In this document: one piece after another, positions 51,204 to 64,000 of the stretch
How positions within the stretch are numbered: the first letter of the stretch is position 1
Layout of the letters: the number at the start of each line of letters is the position of its first letter
From: the human T2T-CHM13v2.0 reference genome, Homo sapiens
Direction: 5' to 3' (one strand)
Length of the DNA: 64,000 nucleotides
NCBI RefSeq assembly: GCF_009914755.1
Contig: NC_060925.1
The notes under the pieces: model-generated
The model's input: only the letters and a program-made list of their open reading frames with translations
The model's database searches: none
What the model was told of the DNA's origin: nothing
Translations under genes and position numbers: made by a program

Positions 51204-53649
51204 CATACATGCAGTATAATATCTACCATCTCCAGCAGTCTGATGTGTACATACATTTTAAATGCACGCCACTTTCATCTACATGTCTCCATTTGATGTG
51301 GAGTCCAAAACCAAATAAGGAAAAGAAAAAGAACACCATTACCTCCATCCTATCTATACATCCTGCCACCAAGATGGGGCAGATGAGAAACAAAACCCCG
51401 CCATGCACTAATTATTCAGGGCTTTGCTGCTGTCCTTCTCCACCTCCCAGCCCCTCCATCTCCTTCTTTGCTTTTGAATGCTGTTTCGTGTGTGTAGGAA
51501 GAATCAGAAATCTCCACTGTTCTAGTATTCATTCAGAATTTGGTTTTCTTTTCCCAAGGGCACTTTTTCTGGAGCAAAGCTGGCTCAAGGGGCTGTTTCC
51601 TGCAGTGTCCTATGTGACTTGCTTGTGGGTACAGCTCAAAAGGTGGTATAAATACATATCACCACCATGGCCACCAGAGTCCACGCTGAAGTTTTAATAA
51701 GCCAGAAGTAGTGGTGATGGATTGGTAAGACTCGAGCTTGACAATAAGGGAGCAGAAGAGCATTAGAGAGTGGAGCAGGAAGAGGTAGGGGTGGGTGTCA
51801 CAAGAAGAGTGAGTGGGAGAAGGCAGAGAAACTTCCAAGAAGTTGCTCCAAGATCTAGAAGCATCCGTGGGAGATGAGTGGCATGTAGTAATCTAGGTAG
51901 CAGCATGAGCTAGCAGGAGAAAATGATGCCAAAGCTCACCTTCTCCTTCTGATTGGAAAGTTGACAGGTTCTGATCACAGTTAAGGGATGCATGGCTTCA
52001 CTAGGGAAGACAGGCATGAGGGAGAGTGGTAAGATTTCCCTCTAGCTTTTGTGGAGATCCGGGAGGGTGGCAACCACTTTGGCCCCAATCTCTTGACTCT
52101 CCTGTGAGTAGGGTAGACCCACAGACCCACCAGGCACTGTGCTTGTACAAGACTCCACCAAGCTTATCCCACCCCCTACTTTTTGCACCTCCATGGCCTT
52201 GGCTGCATTTACTGCCAGTGGCTGTGGTTTATCTCCCATTGTTTATGGCCTGGGACAGGCTGCCTACAAATAGCTCCCCAAAGAGTGGGGAGATTCAGGC
52301 ATCTGCCATTCTGTGAAGCTTTTTCCAGAAATGAAAAGGATAGTCATAAAATGTTTTTTTCGGGGGGGGGTTAGGGGTGGGCAACATGCATCATAAAAAG
52401 CGTAATGGACTAATGCTAATACACAGACTGGCTGCAGCCCAGGGGTGTCTGCTGAGCTCAGACATAAATACTGGGGAGGCATCAAGGAGACAGATTTTTT
52501 ATTTCTTTGATTTGATGGTGGGGGGAGGTTGGGCATATTTTTTCCTTCATTTCTCTGTCTATGACCATTCCTCTGGGGATACCACCAATCCGTCTGAGAC
52601 TTACATTACCCAACATTTTACAGCTTCAAGAGGGGCAGCCATTAGACTACGGGAAAGACTGAAGGTACAAGGGAGGTGGGGGGTACATTATATGGCCTCA
52701 TGGGGGAGTCTAATTTTGGGGTTTGGTTGTGCCATACAAGACCTTGCTAGTGACAAGATAACTGAAGGGGGCGAGTATAGTTATGTTGGGCATATGACAG
52801 AATGCACCTACGAGTAACCATGAACTTGCCCAACATCAGGCACATTTCCAATACTGAAGAAACTGATTAATGTTTTCTATTTAGTAGGAGCCAAAACAGC
52901 ACCAACACCAACAATCACCCAACAGGAATCCCATCCCTGCCCAGCTTCAGGAATGAAAAGTAAAATACCTGTTTGGTAATTAATAAAAAGTTCACGTACT
53001 TGAGGACTCAACCAAACACACTGTTTCCTAGGGTTTTATGTTAAAAAACAAAAAACAAAAAAAAACCCATGTTCTCTGCTAATATTGACCATTAGCCAAT
53101 TACTTTCTAGCCACACACTTGCCTTTAAGCATGCACTTACACAGAGTGGGTAAATGTACAGTGTATTTGTGGGGCAGACAACAGAAGCGAATGCAAATCC
53201 TGTGTTCAAGTAGCCTTGGTTTTGGGTGGTGCTGAGATGCTCTTGCTCCTTTCTCCCTTTCATGGAGGTGCTGAACACCTGTGAGTTTGTGGTAGGGTCC
53301 TGAGAATTGAATTGGAGAATGGACTCAGTCCACCTAAGACCCTGGGTTAACTGAGAAGAAAGAGAAACAGTAGAAACCATGGCAGTGGGGGCAAGAAGCT
53401 CCTGTTCACCCTTGTAGTGGGTGGGGAGAAAAAGACTGAAGGCATTTGGAATTCAGATTCCATTGCACCATTTGCTTTGGAGAAATTAATTTTATGTGTG
53501 TTGTCCCTGAGAATGGGTGGAAAATAAAGTGGTATTCAGAAGAATGGGTGGCAAGGGCGGGGGTAGATGTTGGAAAAGAAAGCTATCTCTTTTGTCCTCT
53601 GTATCTGGGTATATGTGAGGTGAAAGAAAAAGGGGAAGGCAGGGAATCT

Positions 53650-53840
53650 TATTAGGTGTACTAGACCTGTGCTAAGAGATTTAGATGCTTATTGAACCTT
53701 ATTATAATCCTTCTGAAGAAGGTATTATTATGACCTTTTTAAAGACAAGAACTCTCAACTCTGAATTGCTGAGAAGTTAAATAACTTGGCCAAGGTCACG
53801 TACTTAGTAAATAGTAGAGTTAGGACTTGAACTCAAACCA
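53650..53840 (-). mobile_element. MIR SINE
   Basis: 'gagaagttaaataacttggccaaggtcacgtacttagtaaatagtagagttaggacttgaactca'. Confidence 0.8.
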
Positions 53841-54739
53841 TTGTCTTATCTCAATGATATAAAACAATGAAAGAAAAAAATCAATCAGTGATGGTTTAGA
53901 AGAAAAATTATTTTCAGTCTGAAGATCAAAAGAGCAGGGACTAGTGCATCCCTTGTGCCAACTGGTATAAATTATTATTCTAAGTGATAAAGGGAGGTCA
54001 CCACATGTGCCATTGTTGGAAAAGGGTTAGATAACCCTTGTGCATGACGACACGTGATTACTCAGGCTGAGGGTGAATGGGGCACTGACAGTCACCGAAG
54101 CTGAACTGGGGGCTAATTGCCGGAAGAGACCGGGTTTCCCCGTGACTAAATATGCTGCAAATTTACCTGGAAAAGAATCTCAACATGAAAGAGAGCTAAC
54201 CCTTGTGTGTGAAATTAACGGGTTGTCTGTGGCCCAGGGAGCTCTCTGGATGGGGACCCTTGGAATCAGTTGTCAGTAGGGGTCTTGCCCAATCATCCAC
54301 CTAGAAATGAGGCCCAACTGGGCCCATCAGTAGGAGTTTGGCTCAGCCTCTTTCAAATAAGCTTAGGGTATGAGGAAAATTCCTCTTCCCTTAGTTGGCT
54401 AGTGTCTTAGCCTAAACTGACTCCCATTAGGTTAGACATAAAGCAGAACTTCCTGGCTACGAGCTGTCTGAAGCTTGACCATGAGCGACCAACATTGGCT
54501 CTGGCATATCCTTTCCTAAAGACTTTAAAGAGCAGCAGAGACACCTAATTGCTGCCCACAGCACTGGGTAGGAGAGAACCCTTCCTCCAGCCTCACCTTT
54601 GCTTGCTGGTATTTCAGTAAAAGGCCCAATACAAATATAGAATGTATAATTTTCACATCATTCTTGGCAAATCCCAGGTGCGCCCCATTAGCAGAGTTCC
54701 AAGGATGCCATTTTCTATCAAGAAAAAGACACGCCACAT

Positions 54740-54970
54740 CGGAGTGCTTAGCTCAGGGCCCTATTAATAGCAATCCTAATTATATGGCTGCAAATTTAAT
54801 TCATAGCAATGATTAGTGTCAGAATCAAAGGCATCAGGCATCAATATTGATGGAATTGCATAAGCCCCATAAACAGAGAACAAGCATTTGGGCCCATCCC
54901 CCCAGCAGTGGTCGGCTGTTAACTATTGCCTTAATGTCTCTTCCAATTTTGCCAGATCAAAATGACTCCA
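54740..54970. promoter_or_regulatory. Candidate developmental enhancer (motif-dense, non-repetitive)
   Basis: MEF2-type CTATTAATAG at 54761, TAATTA at 54777, TGCAAAT at 54789, TCF/LEF ATCAAAG at 54824, 14-bp palindrome at 54839-54852, HOX-type CCATAAA at 54867. Confidence 0.45.
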
Positions 54971-55509
54971 TTTCTCAGTGTGCTCCTCCTCCCCACTGAA
55001 ACCTTTGCCTGGCCAGCTCTGAATGGGTATGACTGGCACACAAAAGATCCCAGACAATGTCTTTGAAGAAGAGCCCGGGGGCTCCGAGGGATGCATGGGT
55101 GATGGGCCCTGGCCCCACGCTTTACCCAGCAGCTTTTGGCCTTGTCAGCAACACTCCTTTGTCTCTCCTTCAGAAAGCTCACAGCAAACAATGATGCCTG
55201 GAGAAAGGGGAGTCAGCTGGGGACTGTGTGTGGCACAAAAGGCTGCCACCCCGCGCATTGTGACCCAGGCCGAGAGGGATGGGAAGGTGGAGGAGGAGGC
55301 CTGAGGAGAGGGACACAAGGAAGACAGCGTGTGCCGAGGTGACAGCTGCCATGTCCCGAGTTTCCAGGGCACCTTCACTCAAAAGGGTGCAAAGAGGTAG
55401 CCCTTCCCCTCTTCTCTCGTGCATCTTCTTGCAGCTCTCCATCAGGCAAGTGGTAGTCTACACGTGGACAAATGGAAGCGTAGAGAAGTTCAATTGAATG
55501 CTAAAAAGC

Positions 55510-55745
55510 TAGTGGTTAAAAGCACAGGTCTGGAGTCAGAGAGCTCTGGATTCAAATCCCAGCTCTCCAATTAGTAGCATTGAGACTCTGCCAAGTTACT
55601 TAGTTTTGTTGAGCCTCAGCTTGTTATATGTAAAATGGAAACAAGACTAATGATTTTTACAATTTGCAAGGGTTGATGAGGCTTAACTGAAACAAAACAA
55701 AACACTTAGCCCAGGGCTTAGCATATAGTAAGTGCTGAATTTATA
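55510..55745 (+). mobile_element. MIR SINE
   Basis: 'agtggttaaaagcacaggtctggagtcaga...ttcaaatcccagctct...caagttactta...gagcctcagc...tgtaaaatgg...catatagtaagtgct'. Confidence 0.85.
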
Positions 55746-56118
55746 GTGGATCTTTTAGGCCTATCCCCATTCAAAAATGTGGCATTCCTAGAGAGAAGAC
55801 TAACGTGTAAGACTTGAGGGTCCCAATTCAGTGTTCTTCTGATTTGTCAGAACTTCTTAGCCCTGAGGCCAGAAGTGAAGTAGGCCTCCCTGCTGGGCAG
55901 GTTCTGGTAAGATCCCTGAGATGTGTGGACTGAGGGCTCAGGGATCCTGGTCACCCTAGATCAAGGTTGTATGGTCAGGCCTGGTACAAGAAGCTCAGCT
56001 GGATTCTTGCTCCAGGGAAAAAAATCCCTAGATCAATTTTAAGTTCGGCATAGGAAATGCCTGCATGCTAGAGAGGCCGAGGTCAGTCTGATGTTTTGTG
56101 CAGAAAGAATGTTCTTTA

Positions 56119-56511
<393 letters not shown>

Positions 56512-57286
56512 TCAGCAGATCACTCCACCTTTCTAGGCCTCAGCTAACTCATTCATAAAATAGAACAATACGCATCTTACTTGTCCAAAGTCAGTAGACC
56601 AGATCAGTTTTCTGAGGTCCCCTCCAGCTACTAAATCTATGATACACATTTAAGGGAACACTCTTGATCTTGCCTGATAGCGTCAATCTTATCCCCTGGG
56701 GGCCTTAACCCCAATTCCCCAGCCTCTTCCCCTCAATTGTCAAGCGTGGGAATTCCAGATTTGTTATTAAAGCCTGTTGATGCCATTTCTCCTTCCAGAT
56801 TAGCTGGGGGACACTCAGCCTTTGCCATAGAAACCATAACACAGGGTAGGATGGGGATGGCTGATTGGGACAACCCAACGGCACCAGCTCCTGAACTTCT
56901 TTCCCACCTTGGAGCCTAGAAACCTTTCTGGAGGCTGAGGCCAGGAGAAGAATAGAACCACAGGAAGAGACTCAGAAGGCCAGAGCTCCAGATTCATTTT
57001 CACCACATTCATCTCCATGTATTTCCTGCCTCCCTGGACAGAGAGGCACATGCTAGCAAGAAGGAAAGAGACATTAAAGTAGCCATAAGCTCTTAGCTTG
57101 ATCATCTTGGGCTACACAAGTGACTTAGGTATATGCTGGGCCCATCTCCACCCTGAAGTATTTGTCGTTCTGGTTCCAATTTCCACATCTTCCCTTGATT
57201 TACAACTTGACCCCAAGTAAGTCCATAATCTCTGAATTTCAGAATCACCATCTGCAACAGAGCAGTGAAATATCCCAATCCTTCTT

Positions 57287-57609
57287 TTTTTTTTTTTTTT
57301 TTTTCTTTTTTTGGAGACAGAGTCTTGCTCTGTCGCCTAGGCTGGTGTGCAGTGGTACAATCTTGGCTCCCTGCAACCTCCGCCTCCCGGCTTCAAGCGA
57401 TTCTCCTGCCTCCTGCCTCAGCCTCCTTAGTAGCTGGGATTGCAGGCATCCGCCACCAGGCCCAGCTAATTTTTTTTTTTTGTATTTTTAGTAGAGACGG
57501 AGTTTCGCCATGTTGGCCAGGCTGGTCTTGAACTCTTGACCTCAGGCAATCTGCCTGCCTCGGCCTCCCAAAGTGCTGGGATTACAGGCGCGAACAACCG
57601 CGCCTGGCC
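57287..57609 (-). mobile_element. AluS (Sx-like) SINE
   Basis: Antisense dimer with TSD 'ccaatccttctt' at 57275 and 57611, and an internal 7-bp duplication 'tcctgcc'. Confidence 0.95.
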
Positions 57610-58677
57610 TCCAATCCTTCTTGATCATCTGAAAATTATATGGGACTAATGAACTAATAGAATCAAAGAGAATTTGGGACTGTGGCAGAAAAACATGGTA
57701 ATAGTACAGGAGTGGTAGTAGTAATACTAGTAGGAGGAGTCACTCTAGCAGCAACAGAGGTGGTAGGCAGCAATGACTGCCATTTATTAAGCATCTCCTA
57801 TGTCAAGATCTGTGTTAGACATTATATATCCTCCATGTCTGATACGCATAGCAATCTTGCCAGGCAGGCATGGGTGGTCCAGATGAATAAACTGAGGTCC
57901 CCTCAGATCACATAATTCATCGAAGGCAGAGTTGTGCAGCACAGGATACTGTGGTTGGTGTGGAGACATGCAAAGGGGGAGAATGGGCCTGTTTTAGTTA
58001 ATTCTGCGAAGCTACAACAGGGCAACTGACACTTCCTTCAGCCCCACCCTGGGGAGGGGGTCAGTACATATTGTTTGGTGATATGAGACTGGGAAACCTC
58101 TCACTGGTGACTAATGCAACTGGATGCCAAAGTCCAGCAGGATTAGATTAGTTCGGCTCAGCTGGTCCCGTCTTCTAAGTATTTTTTTCCCATGACTCAG
58201 GGCTGGGAGTAGGGGACAGGATTCTCTTCCTCCGTCTGACCTTGCAAACATGTCACTGAAAAGGAGCCTGATCTGACAGCATCACTACCCCAGGGAGCCA
58301 GGGAAGAAGTGGGGTTTTGGGGAAGCCTCAAAGATATCAGTAATAATAGAAAGCACTTGCATGCCAAGCACCATATTAAGCACTTTTTACACATGATTTT
58401 ATTTAATCCTTACAACAAATATGCAAAGTGCTTATTACTACCCCACTCCACAGGAAAAAAAAAATCGAAGTTCACAAGTTAAGTCACAATTGTAGTAATA
58501 TTTAAATGCACATATGCCCATGTGCCCAAGCTCTGCACTCCATCCCTTCCATGAATTATTTCTTTATGATCTATTTTTTCCTTAGCACTTATCACCCACT
58601 AAACATAATATATATTGTGATTACTTACTTTGTTTGTCTGACTTCCCACATTCAGATAATTTCCATCAGGGCAAAAA

Positions 58678-58983
58678 TTTTTTTTTTTTTTTTTCTTTTT
58701 GAGATGGAGTCTCTCTGTGTCCCCCAGCTTGGAATGCAGTGGTGCAATCTCAGCTCACTGCAACCTCTGCCTCCTAGGTTCAAGCAATTCCCCCACCTTG
58801 GCCTCCTGAGTAGCTGGGATTACAGGCACAATGCCGCCATGCCCGGCTAATTTTTGTATTTTTAGTAGAGATGGGGTTTCATCATGTTGGCCAGGCTGGT
58901 CTCGAACTCCTGACCTCAGGTGATCAGCCCGCCTCGGCCTCCTAAAGTGCTGGGATTACAGGTGTGAGCCACCATACCTGGCC
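58678..58983 (-). mobile_element. AluS (Sx-like) SINE
   Basis: Antisense dimer led by poly(T); degenerate TSD 'agggca...atttt'. Confidence 0.95.
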
Positions 58984-61900
58984 AGGGCAGCCATTTTTGA
59001 CAGTTTTATTTTCTACTGCTTTATACCAAGCTCCTGGCACACAGTACATATTCAATAAATATCAGTTCAATAATGAATTATGTCATTTAATCCTTACTGT
59101 AATCTTATGATGCCGGTACCAGAACTGTCCTCATTTTACATTGAGGAAATTAAAGCTCAGAGGTCACACAGCTAGTAGGATGGAGTCAGGACTGGATCTC
59201 TCCAAAGCCCCTATACTCTTTGTTATGCAAATTGGTCCCTACCCGAAGGCAGGAGAGTGGACCAGGTGGTCTTTGTAAGTCCCTTCCGACTCAGAGATCC
59301 AGGTCCATGTACAAAATCCACAGACAGGCAAGGCTTAATGGTGTAAAAGGGTCTGTATTTTCCTAAAGATAAGACCTCTGTAAACACCAGCACCTTGGCC
59401 TCTTGAAAATTTTGCATAGCCTATTTAGGTCACCTGGATTCTGTGAGCTTGAATCATTACGCCCATCCCACCCATCCATAAAACACAGTTCTCTGTGTTT
59501 CACCTGCTTGGCAATAAAGCCCCGAGCTGCAGGAGCTCAACCTTAAGACTGCAAAACAGCCAGCTGAATACACAGCCTGAGGCCTCATACAAGAATTGTC
59601 CAAGATTGAAGTATATTAGAAACTACACAAAAAGTACAAAAAATAAATGAGTCTTTAGTTTCTCCCCTTTCAGAATGACTCTGGGAGATCAGGACCTCCT
59701 TCCCTGGGGTCTGCTGGGGATCTGGACAGAGCCGACATCTCCTGTCTACACCTGCCATGGTCAAGCAAGGAGATGTGCTGGCCAGAGTGTGTGTGTCAAG
59801 ACGGGTGGGAGTGGGACATTCTGTAAATATGCCCCTTTCTTGTGCCAACCAAATGCAGCCTTTCCCAGCTTTCAGAAGACCAGTTCTGGGGACCCAAGAG
59901 GCCTATAGAACAACAAAACAAACAGCGAGCTTGGCGGCGGGAGCCCGGGCAGGGAGCCAAACTCATTACTAGGGATGTGGTGGTGAGCTCCCTGAACCAC
60001 CACCCCACCCCTTCCATGCAGGCTCTGGGGAAGGGGAGAGGGTCTCTACTCCCCACCACCCCAGTGTCCAGCATTGCTGAGACGCCTGGGCGAGTTAGGG
60101 TATCGGATGGGCGGTCTCAGGTCCCAGGAGAGCCACTAAGTCTCTTAGATGTGGACCTGCAGCTCCGGCTGTTTACTCAATCAAGGGTTCATACTGAGAG
60201 ACAAGTGAATCATTTCCACTCAGAGGAATGAGTGGCTATTGTTTGGTGGGGCTGGCACAGAGAGAAAGGCATGTTTCTCAGCTTTTCATCCAACTTGGCC
60301 TTCCATCCGCCAAGGCAACTCCACCCCACGAGAGGAGCCAAGTAACAGGTTAGTGTGTTTGGGGAGAAAGTCTAAATGCCAATGTCAATATTGGCATTGG
60401 AGGGTGGGGGTGAGCATATAACCTTGGGCAAGACATTTAGTATAGCTACAGCTCAGTTTCCTACATCTGTAAAATGGGGTAAAGATGCAGGGGCGATCAG
60501 CACCCTCAGTTGAAGTATTTGAGGAAGATGAAAAGAACCACGGAAACGTATCTTGTAAACAGTCAGTGTTATCAAATAACTGAGTAATAACCCCAGGGCT
60601 GAGGAGAGTTAATACTTTGGTGCTCCTGATGGATTCTTTCCAATGCCTAAGCTGCTACTGCAAGAAGCTCACAGTTTTCCTGGCTTTGCTTAGTAAATCG
60701 TTTGTGCGATTACAAAGAGAAGAATAGAATTGGGACGTCAGGGCTTCCTGTGGGCTGGGGACTGGAGACCTTGGGTTGGTATGTCCCTTAGGGAAAGGCA
60801 GAAAGAATTTTCCTTTAAGAATTTCACAGGCATTTCAGCAGCCACCATTAGCTAATGGGAAAGAAGGTAGTGCCAGAATAGGCCGGGGCCCTCCCCAGAG
60901 CTTGGAAAGTCTCTGAGGATTTGCAAAAACATCCCAAGAGTCATACAGAGACTGGTGGGGGAAGCAGTGGTTCCCTGGGCATTCTTTCCTGCTTCCCCTG
61001 TTATACACAAGCCTGCATCTGATCCAGGTGAAGCAGATGGCTGTCTGTACTATTCTGGGGCCCTCCAGGCAACAGTGTAAATGCTGTCCCCTTCCTCCAG
61101 CCAACATTTCTGAGATTACCACCCCACCCTCTTCCAGATGTTGTTAACCAGAAAACAAACTCCTTTCCTGTTACCCACCAGAAGTTGTCCTGTTTCCTTG
61201 ACTCCTCATGCCACTGCCACGCCAACCCTCCTCCTCCCCTCACTGACCTACCCAACACATCATACCTTCCTTCCTTCGCAACCAACCACATCAACAGGAG
61301 TCACCGTTGGTGTCTGATTCTATTTCAATTCGTACAAATAGATGTCTGGCATAGAATAGGCACCCAATACATTTGAGATCACTTTCATGAGCACCTAATG
61401 TGTATCTGGCAGTGGGGATGGTGTGATGAATGTGAAAAGGAAGGCCCCTGCCCTCAAAGATCTGTGAATCTCAAGGGAGGTAGACACCTTAACAGCTGCT
61501 CCCTTGCCAGATGCTGTGGGGTCTAGGAGGGTGCCATGCATAGTGGTTGAAGGGACAGAATAAAGGACATGTCACAATGCTTGAGCAGCAGAAGAGGTTT
61601 CTGGTGGGGATGGAAAAGAGAGCCAGCAGCATCTGCTGCTGTTTAAGGTCCCTGGGACTAAGAGGCTAGAGAGCCTCGGCAAAACACTACCCCCCAGCTT
61701 CTGTGAGGAGCCCTGCAGGGATGTGAAACCTGGGTTGAGGCGGCAGTTTAGCAGCTGCAAATGGAAGGAAGAAACCAAAGGAACTTCACCCTAACCCAAG
61801 ATAGTCCTTCCTTCCATTGTCCTGGCATCTTTCACTTGCTCAGCTTGACTTCTTCCCTCTTTTGCCCCATGGCATGAGCTTGATTTGCCTCCTGTCTCCG

Positions 61901-62339
61901 CCCTGAAACCTGGAAAATCATGTAAAATGAGTTTCCAGTTCCTGTTGCCACTCTTCCTCCATCTCCATCTGCTTTGGTGTTTGTACTTAATCTCTATCAT
62001 CTGGACTCCCACTGCCTATTCTTAACCAGGAGGGATGCTGTCATGAGGAACTGGACCCAGACCCCAGGATAACCTGCTTTTCCCTCCCCTACATCTGGCC
62101 CTAGGCCTGCCTGTCCTCATCATCCAGGCCATGCCTTGCCCTGTCTGTGCCAAGCCCCTCCTACCTGACCCTGAGGGGCTTTCTGCTACACTAAGGGCAG
62201 GCTCAAAACCAGCCTCATTCCAAAGCCCACACCCAGGGGACCTTGGTCTTCCCTTTTCTGCTCCTCTTCTCTGCCTCAGCCTGTCCTCCTTCATCGCACG
62301 CTTTGCTGACAGAGCCAGAGAAACAGTGGCAGTATCATT

Positions 62340-63460
62340 GAGAAGATCTGAGATTTGATGCAGGAATCCCCTTGACAGCACCCTGGTTGGTGACCATCCA
62401 GTCTCTGCTTGCATATTTCCACTGACTAGGACCTCATTCCTTCCTGGGTCAGCTCTCACCATCACGGGACAGTCTGGCTGTAAAAAACGTCTTCCTTATA
62501 TGAAGGGGAAAGCTGCATTGCTGTAACGCCTACCCAGTGGCCCTATTCTGCCCTCTGGGGCCACACTGAATAAGCCTAATTCATCTTCCATAGCTTAATG
62601 GATAAGCCAGCAGATTGTAAAACCAGGTAATCACATTTCAAGTCCTAGCTCTGCCATTTTATTTGCTGTGTGACTTTATTATTATTTTTTAACCTTTCTT
62701 GACCTCCATTTCCTCATCTTTAAAATGGAGGTGATAATAGCACCTACCTCATAGAGTTATATAAAGAGTAAATGAGTTAACAGATATAAAGCTCTTCAAT
62801 AGCATGTGACACATAATAAGTGCTCAGTAAATTATGTTATGTAAAGACAGCTGTTCTATGTCCTGCTTTATTCACTTTTTCCCTTCACATAGCATGATTC
62901 CCACATCGATCCAGCTCTTGTTTATCTGGCACTTGAGTTTGCTTAACACCCTCTTGCGATGTTATCTCCAAGGTAAAGTGGAGTCACTGTGTCTCGTGAC
63001 ATAGAAGCTGTTCTTCTATTATCATGATGAAGACTAACTTTGTTGAAGCAATATATCACAGAGTTGGCTCATGTCAACCTCACGGTTCGCTAAAATCCCA
63101 AGATCCTTTTCACTTGATCTCCTTAGGGCTTAAAGCCTCACAGGGCTCTCCCTCCCCTCTTACCTGTCCAAGTCTTCTGAGCTTCTCTGAATGTTGGACC
63201 TTCATTGCATATGCTTTGTACCTTCTCAGTGTGGCACCCAAGGTCTAGAATGCCCTTCTCTCCCCCAACTCATCAGTTCATCAGTTCTTCTGTCTCATCT
63301 AGTCTATAAGCAGACCCTGGTAATCTTCCTTTTCAGTAAAGCTTTGCAGATTGATCACACTATAGTTGCTGTTTTGTTTGAATTCTTCCACCCTTATGGT
63401 GAATCTTTGCATGTCTTCTTATCACCTGCAATGCACTGACCCTTAGCTTATGCAGCATTG
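62340..63460 (-). mobile_element. CR1/L3 LINE relic interrupted by a MIR (62600-62835)
   Basis: 'ccatccagtctctgcttgcatatttccactgac', 'ttctgccctctggggccacactgaataag' and 'taaaatcccaagatccttttcac' resemble antisense L3. Confidence 0.6.
62600..62835 (+). mobile_element. MIR SINE
   Basis: 'ttcaagtcctagctctgcca...gctgtgtgactt...tttcctcatctttaaaatggaggtgataatagcacctacctcatagag...taagtgctcagtaaat'. Confidence 0.88.
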
Positions 63461-63469
63461 CACATATAG

Positions 63470-64000
<531 letters not shown>

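Noticed and set aside
50806-55767. Shared 15-mer 'ttttaggcctatccc' at ~50806 and ~55753
   Set aside because: About two exact 15-mer matches are expected by chance in 64 kb, and the match barely extends.

Overview
This is a human genomic window (a near-consensus AluYb8 is present, and that family is human-specific). It is CpG-depleted, with no CpG island and no protein-coding exon I can support. The listed ORFs are short, overlap each other, and often come from Alu or TG repeats. Repeats are mostly ancient MIR, L2, CR1/L3 and hAT MER elements plus 12 Alu-family copies, with no recognisable young L1 or ERV. Between them lie short motif-dense islands that resemble enhancers. I could not identify the locus. 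Best observations: (1) an ~80-bp cytochrome b NUMT at 2185-2264; (2) a ~98-bp non-tandem duplication (14366-14464 / 16997-17094) whose first copy has microhomology ends; (3) a MADE1 hairpin at 28687-28765 whose two arms share the same non-consensus changes, plus a third orphan arm; (4) a strong + strand 3' splice site at 40082 followed ~3 kb later by a full poly(A) site at 43139, suggesting a terminal exon with possible distal 3' UTR extensions; (5) a young AluYb8 with a 16-bp TSD just past that poly(A) site. Repeat family calls were made by eye against consensus sequences from memory, so boundaries of old elements are approximate. Nothing here amounts to a demonstrable new biological system.
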